A stretch of DNA of 32,000 nt from Vibrio vulnificus CMCP6 (GCF_000039765.1 NC_004460.2:150001-182000), one strand, 5' to 3'. Shown: positions 1 to 8,631, counted from the stretch's first letter. Program-made: numbers and translations. Notes: generated by a model from the sequence alone, not told the origin.

Positions 1-1
1 G

Positions 2-379
2 CTAGAAACCATTTTAGCCAGTAAGACAGCGATGGCGAGAGCATTAGAAGTGCAAGGTCAGCAGAAAGTCGAGTGGTTAGAAGGCAAGTACAAATCGCTG
101 ATTGAGCATAAACAAAACATCGAAAAACTGTTTCTCATTTACGCGGAGATATTTGAGCGCAGCCCAACGTTAAGAACCGTTTGCATCAAAATCATCACTA
201 TTTTGTCTCGCTATTGGCCAAAAGAGATGGAGATCAAACGTGCTGCAGAGATTATGAAAGAATGTGATGTCACAATTCGTCAACTCATGACAGAAGAAGA
301 GCGTGAAAAGCTTGGTTACGAGTCGATTTATGCCAAAGCGCATGAGCTACATGAGCAGCAGTATCAGGTCGTTTCTTAA
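2..379 (+). CDS. hypothetical protein, probably 5'-truncated by the window edge
   Basis: This frame is open from position 2 (LETILASKTA precedes the ATG at 32) and ends at TAA 377-379. The product is charged and helical-looking, with no motif I recognise. The start could be ATG 32 or lie upstream of the window. Confidence 0.5.
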   Translation, partial: LETILASKTAMARALEVQGQQKVEWLEGKYKSLIEHKQNIEKLFLIYAEIFERSPTLRTVCIKIITILSRYWPKEMEIKRAAEIMKECDVTIRQLMTEEEREKLGYESIYAKAHELHEQQYQVVS

Positions 380-443
380 GCGAATATCGCTTTGTTGATT
401 AGATAAGAGAACTTATTCATATCTTTATGGGATGAATTGGAGG

Positions 444-480
444 TGAGTCATATCTATGACTCATTACTTATGGTATTTTT
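444..480 (+). terminator. possible weak terminator or operator hairpin after the first CDS
   Basis: An 8-bp perfect stem TGAGTCAT (444-451) / ATGACTCA (456-463) with a 4-nt loop, followed by a T-rich stretch ending in TTTTTT near 475-481. The T tract is not immediately adjacent to the stem. Confidence 0.3.
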
Positions 481-535
481 TAGCTTCTGTTGAGTCCTGA
501 TTACAAGTGGGGCTTTGCTGTTACAGGAGTTTTCT

Positions 536-769
536 ATGTCACACAAAATCGAATCACATGCTTGCCCACAATGCGGCACCGATACACCTCATGTCGTTAT
601 CTTGGTACGAAAAACCAGTCCTTATAAAGATGACAAAAAGCGCGATTGGAAAGAGTTTTTCTCAGGCTTTGTAAAAGGCGCAGTTTTAGGGGCATTCATC
701 GCTTCGATGGACGAATTTGAACGCCATCTCGTCTGTGAACAGTGCGGACATAAAATCATCGAAGAATAA
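536..769 (+). CDS. small double-CxxC (zinc-ribbon-like) protein with a central hydrophobic segment
   Basis: ATG 536 is preceded by AGGAG (525-529). The ORF-track start at 515 is a TTG with no SD. Motifs: CPQC near the N-terminus, CEQC near the C-terminus, and the hydrophobic stretch FFSGFVKGAVLGAFIASM between them. A terminator follows directly. Confidence 0.6.
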   Translation: MSHKIESHACPQCGTDTPHVVILVRKTSPYKDDKKRDWKEFFSGFVKGAVLGAFIASMDEFERHLVCEQCGHKIIEE

Positions 770-819
770 CGTTCTACTGTTGCAAGCAACGAAAAGCATC
801 GCAACACTCAACTCAATTT

Positions 820-851
820 GAGCGGCTCAAGCGCGAGCCGCTCAGCTTTTT
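820..851 (+). terminator. rho-independent terminator
   Basis: GC-rich 9-bp stem GAGCGGCTC (820-828) / GAGCCGCTC (835-843), a 6-nt loop, then AGCTTTTT. Confidence 0.7.
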
Positions 852-875
852 CATGCGGTGAGTTAAAAAATAACG

Positions 876-2804
876 TTAAAATTGCTGACTACTTGCTAAT
901 TGTTGAGAGAAGTCGTCAGCCGGAACCGCCTTGCCATACAAAAAGCCTTGAGCGTAGTTGCATTCCTCGGTTCGAATGAAGTCTTCTTGGTATCGATCTT
1001 CTACCCCTTCCGCTATCACCATCATATTGAGTTTGTGCGCCATGGCGATGATGGCTCTTGTCAGTTCTCGATTGTGCTGATTGTGTTCCAACTGATTGAT
1101 AAAACTGCGATCAATTTTTAGCGTATCGAAAGCGTATTTTTGCAGATAACTGAGTGAAGAGTAACCGGTACCAAAGTCGTCAAGCGAGATGCTGACACCG
1201 AACTGACGCAACTGAGCGAGGACGTTTTGCGCATACTCTTCATCTTGCAGCAGAATACCTTCAGTCAGTTCCAGTTCAATGCATTTTGCTGGCAATTGGT
1301 AAAGATCAATAATGTCTTGTAAGTGTTGCACAAAGTGTCGTTCACGGAACTGGATGGGGGAGATGTTAATCGCCACTTTAAACGCGTGAGGTGATGCGCG
1401 ATGCCATGCCGCTGCTTGTTTCAATGCTTGATGTAAAACGAAGTAGCCGATTTCAATAATTTGGCCGTTACTTTCCGCTAAAGGAATAAATCGATCTGGG
1501 GAGACTTGCCCAAGCGTTGGATTATTCCATCTCAGTAGTGCTTCGGCACCGATGATTTTCCCTCCCTGTTTCAAGCAAATGATCGGCTGAAAATGCACTT
1601 CAAGTTCGTTGTTCTTCAGTGCTTCAGAGAGATGTGACTCCAGTTGCAAGCGCTCTTCTGCGGCTTTTTGTGCGGCAAAATTAAAATAAGAGACCTGCAA
1701 ACCTTCGTTTTTACCTTCGCTCATTGCAGAGCACGCTCGCTGAATAAGGCTAAATGAGTCTGTTGCATCCATCGGGGCTAATGCGACCCCTAAATGACAT
1801 TGCAAATTGACACTCATATCGTTGACGTTAAACGGTTGGGTGCACGCTTTGGTAATGCGTTCGATGACTTGTTCTTGTATCTCGGGTTTGCGCAGATGCT
1901 GCGCTGCTAAGACGAAATCCGATCCGACAATTCTTGCCAGCTTCCACTTTTTAGGCAGTTTGTGACAAATGCGTTGGCTCAGAGAGGATAAAATTTGATC
2001 ACCGAACATGTAGCCATAGCTTGCGTTAACAAACTTAAAGTTTTTCAAACTGAAATAGATCAGGGTAATTTGCTCATTATCTTCTAAAGAAGCCATCTGT
2101 TCGGCGAGATCGTCCGCCAAGGTAATTCGGTTGGGGAGTTTTGTGAGCGGGTCGTAATGAAGGTGAAAGTCCAAATGGCTTTCAGCAGCGGTTCGTTGCT
2201 CGATTTCTGTCAGCAACCGGCTACTCAGATCGGCGAGTGTTTTGGTTCTTTCTGCGACCTTTTGTTCCAGCTCTTGGTTGAGTTGGGCAAGCTCTTCTTT
2301 ACGGTAAAGGGTTTCTAATTGTCCTTCAATGGCCGTTTGAAAGCGGCCAAGTAATGACATCGCGTCCTCATCAAAGTAACGCTCTTGGCTATCAAGCATA
2401 CAGATGGTGCCGAAAGGGGTGTCATCTGGCCAAAACACAGGCAGTCCGCAGTAACATATCATGCCCAGTTTGATGTCTGGATTATGATCCCATTCAGGAT
2501 CGTTAAGCGCATTGGGAACATTCAACATGCGCCGCTCGCTGATCACGGTTTCACAATACAGGCCATGCCCAAGCGAATCTTTTGCATTTTGCGCGTAGGG
2601 GTTATTTTCGCTACGACTGCTGGAAAACACCTCGATGTCGTTTTCGTGAATACGCATGATCAGAGCTGCAGGACATTGCGTCATTTTGGCAACTAAATCG
2701 ACGATTTCTTGCCAGCTCTTGAGTACAGAATCCGGAACGATTAATTGAGAGGTATCTATGTCTGCCATGATGCTTATCCAATGTGTAAGAGTGTTGATAT
2801 CCAT
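876..2804 (-). CDS. c-di-GMP signalling protein: GAF sensor, coiled coil, degenerate GGDEF, intact EAL (probable phosphodiesterase)
   Basis: 642-aa ORF. The N-terminal region is GAF-like. The GGDEF domain (DPLTKLPNR...) has VGSDF in place of GGDEF and FSLKNFK in place of DxDxFK. EAL-domain motifs are intact: EALLRW, NISP, ELTE, DDFGTGYSSLSYL, LKIDRSF, EGVE, QGFLYG. Confidence 0.9.
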   Translation of the reverse strand: MDINTLTHWISIMADIDTSQLIVPDSVLKSWQEIVDLVAKMTQCPAALIMRIHENDIEVFSSSRSENNPYAQNAKDSLGHGLYCETVISERRMLNVPNALNDPEWDHNPDIKLGMICYCGLPVFWPDDTPFGTICMLDSQERYFDEDAMSLLGRFQTAIEGQLETLYRKEELAQLNQELEQKVAERTKTLADLSSRLLTEIEQRTAAESHLDFHLHYDPLTKLPNRITLADDLAEQMASLEDNEQITLIYFSLKNFKFVNASYGYMFGDQILSSLSQRICHKLPKKWKLARIVGSDFVLAAQHLRKPEIQEQVIERITKACTQPFNVNDMSVNLQCHLGVALAPMDATDSFSLIQRACSAMSEGKNEGLQVSYFNFAAQKAAEERLQLESHLSEALKNNELEVHFQPIICLKQGGKIIGAEALLRWNNPTLGQVSPDRFIPLAESNGQIIEIGYFVLHQALKQAAAWHRASPHAFKVAINISPIQFRERHFVQHLQDIIDLYQLPAKCIELELTEGILLQDEEYAQNVLAQLRQFGVSISLDDFGTGYSSLSYLQKYAFDTLKIDRSFINQLEHNQHNRELTRAIIAMAHKLNMMVIAEGVEDRYQEDFIRTEECNYAQGFLYGKAVPADDFSQQLASSQQF

Positions 2805-3605
2805 TCAGCGATGAGGCGCTCGGGTCTCTTTATTGAGTATAGGTGATGCAAAAGCTATAGCCACCATGAATGTTACAAGGGTTGCTTGTCTCTTTTTGTT
2901 TATAGAAAGTTAACCGTTCACAAGCCGGGTTTGAATATCAGTTGCACGCATTGTGTTAAAAAAATGTTTTATTTTTGTCGTAAGCGATGAGTGGATGTCA
3001 CGATTAAATAATATAAATTTCATCACAACGGTATGTTCTATTAAAAATAGAATGGAATGAAATCTACACTATATTTATAAATTTTTAATCGTTAGCTTAA
3101 GTATATATTTTTAGTTTTGTTAATTATTGAACGTAAAGTTGATCGCAAAAATAGTGTAATTGATAATTCAATCGTGTTTTTGTTGGAGATATATGGCTTC
3201 AATAATACCGATTCGTTTCTTATACATTTTGTTTCAATAAGGCTGATATTGAGTTGTTTTATCCGATGCATTTAACGGAAATGTGCAACTAATTAATATG
3301 TTGATTTCGTTTATTTATAATCTTGTCATCTTCTAATGTTTGATTTGTCTTTGTAAGATCTTGTTATTTAGTTTGTTTTTTGATTTTGCGTTGATTGGTA
3401 ATATGGGGGTTAGTTTGTTTTTTGCGCCGTTTTTAGTGGGAATGGTTTGATTTGATATTTATTTTTGTGAAAATTAGAATCCGCGGGCGTCAGTTTTTGA
3501 TAGCAACTTTTATATTAATTCATCTGTGACGGATGTTTTTTATATCTGTTTTTGGTTTTTAAACTGCTATCGATATTTAAATCTAATACATGTTAAGGAG
3601 AGTTC

Positions 3606-6600
3606 ATGTATAAAAATGGCCTGATGGGTATTCCACTCATTTTGATGTTAACGGCTTGTGGTAGTGACAGTGGTGGTTCAGATGCCGCGACAGATTCACG
3701 AGAGTATAAAGGCTTAAAATTTACGGGCATTGTCTATGATGGCCCTCTGTACGATGCGGAAGTTTCCATCTATGCAGGTGAGAAGCTTTTGGCGCAAGCA
3801 AAGACCGATCAAGATGGTCGATACTTTGTTGAAGCAAAAGTGTACCTAGACGAGTACGAAAGCCTCAAATCTTTACCAATCACTTATAAGGCGCAACGCA
3901 ATGAAGTGATTCTTTATGAATATGCCGGACAAACACTGGAGCAGACTATCGACAGCGAAGGTGTTGAAGCTCTGATCAGTAATTTCTCAACGGTTGAATA
4001 TGTATTGGCCGATGTCAACAAAGACAACTTTGTTTCTGCAAATGAATGGGCGGCGTACCAAACACTCGATCGCCGTTACGCCGAGCAAATGATTGTTCGC
4101 TACGGTGTTGGCTTAAAGTCGATTGTTGATTTTGATGGCTCTCTCACAGGGTTCGACAATACCGTGACTTGGTTACGAAATGTGAGAAGTGACATTTCAT
4201 GGGAGCAGTGGCATCGCCTTAACGACATTCCATACAACAATGCATGGAACGCTCTTTTTGCCGATACTTGGTTCGTCGAGCAAGAAGCACACCGTTTCAC
4301 TAACCTTCCAGGTTGGTCTTCAGAATATGATGCGGTGATTTCACCGGACCCTGCTCCTGCAAGTATCAAGTATGTGCTAGTGACTGGCCTGCCACAAATC
4401 GCGCATGTGGGGGATTTGATTAGTCCTTCAACATTTGCACTTTGGTCGGATGCATCGTCAACTGACATCAGTAAAGATGCTACTTTCACCGTTACGCCTG
4501 TTACTGCGTTAGAAAAAGTCGGCGCTCGTTGGAAGGTCAAAGAGCCGGGTGTGATCACTTTTAAAGCTGAATACAAAGGTGTATCAACATCGAGCACATT
4601 TACCGCTGAAGGTGTGGGGCTGAGCAACATTGTGTTGAGCGGCGTCGATAAAAAAGTGAGCGTAGGCGATAAGCTTCTGCCGTTGGTTTCTGCTATCTGG
4701 ACAGACAGTACAACAACCGAGGTGACTGGATTCGTCACTTGGTCAGCATCACCAGCAAACGCTATTACATTTGTTGATGGCCATCTTCAAGTTGTAGGTA
4801 CGGGTGATATCTCTCTCACAGCGACTTATCAAGGTGCGACGTCAACAATTGCTTTCAACGCTGAACCAGCCACATTATCTGGCTTGCGATTGGGCTTTGA
4901 CAAGCGCGAACAGTATCTCCAAGACCAGTTTAAAGTGGTCGCTGAGGGCGTGCACGAGAACGGTTACGTGGTGGACTTTAGCGAGAATGCTGAATGGGTA
5001 TCGAGTAATCCTGCGATCCTTGAACCTGCGGGTTCGGGTGTCTTTGTCGCAAAAGGTGTTGGAAGTGCCACGGTAACGGCAACTTATGAAGGTTACAGCG
5101 CATCTCAAGAGTTTAGTGTGGTAGCTAAGCTTACAGGAATCAGCCTAAACCTACCGAATAGCAGCGTCTCTAAGAACCAATCTGTACAGCTAACGTTGAA
5201 CGGTGAGTATAACGATGGTTCTGTATCTCAAATCGTTGAAGGTGTCGCATGGACGACAAGCGCACCAGATGTGCTCACTATTGATGAGCAAGGTCTCGCA
5301 ACGGGTATCGTCGAAGGCACGTCTGTTGTTACGGCTACTTACAAAGGCTTTACGTTGGAACAAACCGTAACGGTAACCCAAGCCATGATCGTGTCTTCTG
5401 TACCTGAGTTCGTCGACGGCAAGATGATTTTGAATGAGGGTAGTAAACTGCCTTATACCTTCAAATTTACGCGTTCAAATGGCGTTGTTCATGAGTTCTC
5501 TGCCACTTCGGGTGGACTAGACTTTGAAAGTTACGGGTTTAGAGCGGAAGTCGATGCATCGGGTCTTCAAGTTGCAAACTTAGATAAAGATGCAGACTTA
5601 ATGCGTGGTGTTCGAGCGGGTGAAACTAAGCTGGGTCTCGATTCCGTACCAGTTGAACTGCAGAATATTTTCGCTGAAATTGGCGCAATTACAGACGCGT
5701 ACGACTACCCAACACGCATCGACCTCCCTGTCGCTGTTTTGGATAATCAAGATGTCTATCAATGGCACAAAGTCGCAGGTAATCAAGCAAGTTTGCAGGG
5801 GCTAACGTTAGTTCAAGCTGTACAAAGTGGTGACACGCTATACCGCTTCTGGCAGGTGTCAGGATCTCAAAATGGTTCGTTGTTTGTTACTCAAGTAACG
5901 GCAAATGGTGAGAGTGATGCGGTTGAAGTGGCCTTGCCGACAACAGATTTCAAATTGCTCTCCAATCAAGTGATCTCAGCTTCGAATGGTTATGTCATGT
6001 TGGTTACCTCTAACCAACACGTAAGCGGCGTGATTCCTGAGCACAAAGCGTATCGTATGACGCTAGCGGATGGCACGCTTGCTGAAGTTGACACCAGCAC
6101 CTTGTACAAAAAGCAGTTTAATCTCAATGCAGATAGTTTCTACTTTGCGTCGAATGGTAACTTATTCCTCGTCAAAGAAGATGATACAACGCTCGTGTCT
6201 GAATTTGATTTCGCGAGCAATACGTGGAATGACAAGATTGCTTCACTCAATGGTGTGCCAGTACAACTGCCGTCTCAGCAAGGGATGATCGCTGCACTAG
6301 ATACGAATCAGATGGACTATGGTGCGTTTGCGCCACCAACATTGAACCTCTATGACATGGAAACGAAAACTGCGACATCACAGCAGTTTATGTACCCAGG
6401 TGATGCAGGTTACTTCTGTGCTGAACCTAAATCGGTCAGTGTTGCGCTAAGAACAGAGCTTGCTGAATCTGGGGCGGGTTGTTTGATTGCTGCTCGCGGC
6501 AGTTATGACCTGATCGGCTACTGGGTTTGGAACTCAATTGCTGATCTTCCATACCTGTTCCTGTTCGAAGAAGGCATGTCCCGTCGTGGTGGTGATAACT

Positions 6601-7094
6601 ATGGCGTAGCCAGTGTTAAGTCGGATGCCAATGTCGTTTACAGTGCTGGGCGTCAGTCTGTCAACGGCACAGACATGTTCCATGTGGCAGAGATTGTTGA
6701 TGTGGAAGTGGAAGGCGTGATCGAGAAGCAGATTCGTCGTGACATCTTCAACAAGAAGGACAAACTGCTGGATGGATCTTACGCCAAGTTCCCGGTGATT
6801 GATGGTAATCAATACACAGTGTCTAATGCCGATGTACCAAACGAACAGTTTGTTTTGTTCGGTCACGGTGCGGCAGTCAAAGGGGAGAAAGGCGACTGGT
6901 CTAGCGATAGCTTCATGTATCAATTGCCAGCGAAAGTTTCAACTACTGAAGCGAAAGCGTATAACCTTGGTGACACGGTGATACTTGCTACTGAGGGCCA
7001 AGAGTCGGCTGAGTACTGGTTCTTGCAATTACGTAAGCCGATTGTGGACGAGACGCAACCTGAAACACCAGTAGAGCCAGATGTGACGCCTTAA
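3606..7094 (+). CDS. large surface/periplasmic lipoprotein with four Big_2 (bacterial Ig-like) domains
   Basis: AAGGAG SD lies 6 nt before ATG 3606. Signal peptide with lipobox LMLTA-C. The N-terminal segment GIVYDGPLYDAEVSIYAG...DQDGRYFV looks like a carboxypeptidase-regulatory-like domain. An EF-hand-like loop DVNKDNFVSANE sits at 4011-4046. Four roughly 84-aa repeats each end in ...ATY(K/Q/E)G.... The C-terminal 570 aa or so carry no motif I recognise. Confidence 0.85.
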   Translation: MYKNGLMGIPLILMLTACGSDSGGSDAATDSREYKGLKFTGIVYDGPLYDAEVSIYAGEKLLAQAKTDQDGRYFVEAKVYLDEYESLKSLPITYKAQRNEVILYEYAGQTLEQTIDSEGVEALISNFSTVEYVLADVNKDNFVSANEWAAYQTLDRRYAEQMIVRYGVGLKSIVDFDGSLTGFDNTVTWLRNVRSDISWEQWHRLNDIPYNNAWNALFADTWFVEQEAHRFTNLPGWSSEYDAVISPDPAPASIKYVLVTGLPQIAHVGDLISPSTFALWSDASSTDISKDATFTVTPVTALEKVGARWKVKEPGVITFKAEYKGVSTSSTFTAEGVGLSNIVLSGVDKKVSVGDKLLPLVSAIWTDSTTTEVTGFVTWSASPANAITFVDGHLQVVGTGDISLTATYQGATSTIAFNAEPATLSGLRLGFDKREQYLQDQFKVVAEGVHENGYVVDFSENAEWVSSNPAILEPAGSGVFVAKGVGSATVTATYEGYSASQEFSVVAKLTGISLNLPNSSVSKNQSVQLTLNGEYNDGSVSQIVEGVAWTTSAPDVLTIDEQGLATGIVEGTSVVTATYKGFTLEQTVTVTQAMIVSSVPEFVDGKMILNEGSKLPYTFKFTRSNGVVHEFSATSGGLDFESYGFRAEVDASGLQVANLDKDADLMRGVRAGETKLGLDSVPVELQNIFAEIGAITDAYDYPTRIDLPVAVLDNQDVYQWHKVAGNQASLQGLTLVQAVQSGDTLYRFWQVSGSQNGSLFVTQVTANGESDAVEVALPTTDFKLLSNQVISASNGYVMLVTSNQHVSGVIPEHKAYRMTLADGTLAEVDTSTLYKKQFNLNADSFYFASNGNLFLVKEDDTTLVSEFDFASNTWNDKIASLNGVPVQLPSQQGMIAALDTNQMDYGAFAPPTLNLYDMETKTATSQQFMYPGDAGYFCAEPKSVSVALRTELAESGAGCLIAARGSYDLIGYWVWNSIADLPYLFLFEEGMSRRGGDNYGVASVKSDANVVYSAGRQSVNGTDMFHVAEIVDVEVEGVIEKQIRRDIFNKKDKLLDGSYAKFPVIDGNQYTVSNADVPNEQFVLFGHGAAVKGEKGDWSSDSFMYQLPAKVSTTEAKAYNLGDTVILATEGQESAEYWFLQLRKPIVDETQPETPVEPDVTP
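4371..5383 (+). repeat. four tandem Big_2-type Ig-like domain repeats (protein-level repeat inside the lipoprotein CDS)
   Basis: Recurrent pattern across units: V..G..L......W(S/T)D.S..(D/E)(I/V)T....W..S......(V/I)...G.....G.G...(V/I)TA.Y(K/Q/E)G. Approximate unit boundaries are 4371-4620, 4621-4866, 4870-5125 and 5126-5383. Confidence 0.7.
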
Positions 7095-7133
7095 CATCTC
7101 TCTCAATTACCGCCAGATTTGAGCGGAGAAATC

Positions 7134-7166
7134 AAAAAGCCAGTCCTTTAACGGACTGGCTTTTTT
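7134..7166. terminator. bidirectional rho-independent terminator between convergent genes
   Basis: AAAAA, then stem GCCAGTCC (7139-7146), loop TTTAAC, stem GGACTGGC (7153-7160), then TTTTTT. It lies between the lipoprotein stop (7094) and the PstS-like stop (7184). Confidence 0.8.
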
Positions 7167-7183
7167 ATCGAATGCGAAATCAA

Positions 7184-8011
7184 TTATTCTTTATGGCTGC
7201 TCACTGAGGTATAGCCATATTCGGTAATGATTTTCTGTCCTTGAGTTGATTTAATGAAAGCGATGAATGCTTTACTGTCTTTATCGACAGAGCCGACTTT
7301 ATACAAAATCAAGAATGGACGTGACAGCAAGTATGAGTGGTTTTTGATGTTATCTGAGTTTGGTGCAACACCTTCAACGCTAATCGCTTTTACGGAGTTG
7401 TCAACCGAACCCATCGAGATAAAACCAATCGCATGTTGGTTATGATTTACGATGGTTTTCACCATGCTATTGCTGTTGACAACTAAGTTGCTTGGATTGA
7501 TGTCCGAAACAAGACGATCATTAATAATACGAGTCAGACCCAATAAGCTCTCAAAGCTATAGCGAGTGCCAGAGGAAGTCTCGCGAGTGACAACAGCGAT
7601 GGGTTTGTCTTCACCACCCACTTGTTTCCAGTTGGTAATTTTGCCTTTGTAGATATTGTAGAGTTGCTCTTGAGTCAAATTAGAAAGGGTATTGGAACGG
7701 TTGATAACCACTGCAAGCCCGTCGTAAGCAATCAAATCCACATTCAAATCTTCGCCTTTCTCGCTTTCTGTGAGGTAGCGAGAGCTCATTCCCAGTTCAA
7801 CCACGCCTTTGTTAACCATCGTGATTCCTGCGGTCGAACCAATGCCTTGTACTGCAATAAAAGAATCCGTGTGAGACTTGTTAAACTCTTCGGCAAGCAC
7901 ATCCATTACACGTGCAACGGAGGTTGAACCGGAAATATTCACTTCTTTAGCGTGGCTTAATGGGACGATAGAAAAGAGAGATAAAAGGGCGGGTACCACA
8001 AAGCGAAACAT
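7184..8011 (-). CDS. phosphate ABC transporter substrate-binding protein, PstS/PBP_like_2 family (orphan)
   Basis: GGAG SD lies 6 nt before the ATG. Signal peptide ...PLSHA-KE. Family-typical blocks: ISGSTSV, VQGIGSTAG, LGMSSR, DGLAVVIN, YKGKITNWKQVGG, VVTRETSSGT. No pstCAB genes are adjacent. Confidence 0.85.
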   Translation of the reverse strand: MFRFVVPALLSLFSIVPLSHAKEVNISGSTSVARVMDVLAEEFNKSHTDSFIAVQGIGSTAGITMVNKGVVELGMSSRYLTESEKGEDLNVDLIAYDGLAVVINRSNTLSNLTQEQLYNIYKGKITNWKQVGGEDKPIAVVTRETSSGTRYSFESLLGLTRIINDRLVSDINPSNLVVNSNSMVKTIVNHNQHAIGFISMGSVDNSVKAISVEGVAPNSDNIKNHSYLLSRPFLILYKVGSVDKDSKAFIAFIKSTQGQKIITEYGYTSVSSHKE

Positions 8012-8219
8012 AACTTACTCCAAAATAGGGTTATTTAAGAGTGGAATGATATTTCGTTCAGGTTACATTTTTGTGAAGGTCTAAGCATTAAGTCACTCGC
8101 ATGGCGATTACACTTTGTGTACTAAAATAAGTCTATAAAGCGGCGAAACGGTGGCGTTGGGTAATTTTGATAGGGCTTCGACAGCAAACGTCAGCAAATC
8201 TAGCCGAATAGATGAAGGA

Positions 8220-8576
8220 ATGACTATGTCAGTGACGCAAATTGCTATCAGTCGGCTTAATAAAGGTGCTCAAGCGTTGTGCACAAAAAGAAACGTTAAC
8301 CTTCCCGTTGAACTCGGCAAATGTCTATATCAACCGATCGAGACGGGAGTGATTTTTTACAAAGCTGCGTATTTGTTAGATTCTCGTCACAGTGAATACA
8401 CCTCACCGGTGGCCAAAATTCTCTTTGATGCATTGCACGGCGAATGGTTGTTCTTTCAAGCTAAGTTTGACGGCGATACGTTCTATTGGGAACCCTATTA
8501 CCCGCTGATGAAATCCGATGATCTTGACTCGATTTTAGAGGAGATAGAACACGACCCATTGGCGTGTTTTTGGTGA
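8220..8576 (+). CDS. hypothetical cytoplasmic protein
   Basis: The ORF-track start at 8151 is a GTG. In-frame ATGs at 8220 and 8226 follow GAAGGA (8214-8219), and the spacing favours 8226. The C-terminus ...HDPLACFW vaguely recalls a small DUF family, but I cannot verify that. Confidence 0.5.
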   Translation: MTMSVTQIAISRLNKGAQALCTKRNVNLPVELGKCLYQPIETGVIFYKAAYLLDSRHSEYTSPVAKILFDALHGEWLFFQAKFDGDTFYWEPYYPLMKSDDLDSILEEIEHDPLACFW

Positions 8577-8631
8577 TGCGCAGTGAGTGAATCACTACGC
8601 ATTACGCTTACCTGATTTGGAAAGCTCGTTG

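Noticed and set aside
2805-3605. Possible CRISPR array, integron-like element or mobile-element scar in the AT-rich region.
   Set aside because: It has only one exact 15-mer pair and short AT-rich palindromes. There is no regular repeat-spacer periodicity, no terminal inverted repeats, and no integrase, transposase or cas gene nearby.
4100-4738. 212-aa ORF antisense to the lipoprotein gene. Smaller ORFs at 4804-5108, 5190-5805, 6070-6288 and 6534-6981 belong with it.
   Set aside because: It is fully embedded in a CDS that has a strong SD, a lipobox and recognisable Big_2 domains. The antisense translation is low-complexity (Ser/Thr/Val/Pro-rich) with no motif, SD or terminator.
8012-8150. 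Pho box upstream of the PstS-like gene (minus-strand CTTCACAAAAATGTAACC).
   Set aside because: It resembles the CTGTCAT-N4-CTGTCAT consensus only loosely, with most core positions mismatched. I cannot support the call without a scoring matrix or conservation data.
8577-8602. Imperfect hairpin TGCG-c-AGTGA/gtgaa/TCACT-a-CGCA between the convergent hypothetical gene and the AraC gene.
   Set aside because: The stem is interrupted by a mismatch and has no flanking U or A tract. That is insufficient for a terminator call.
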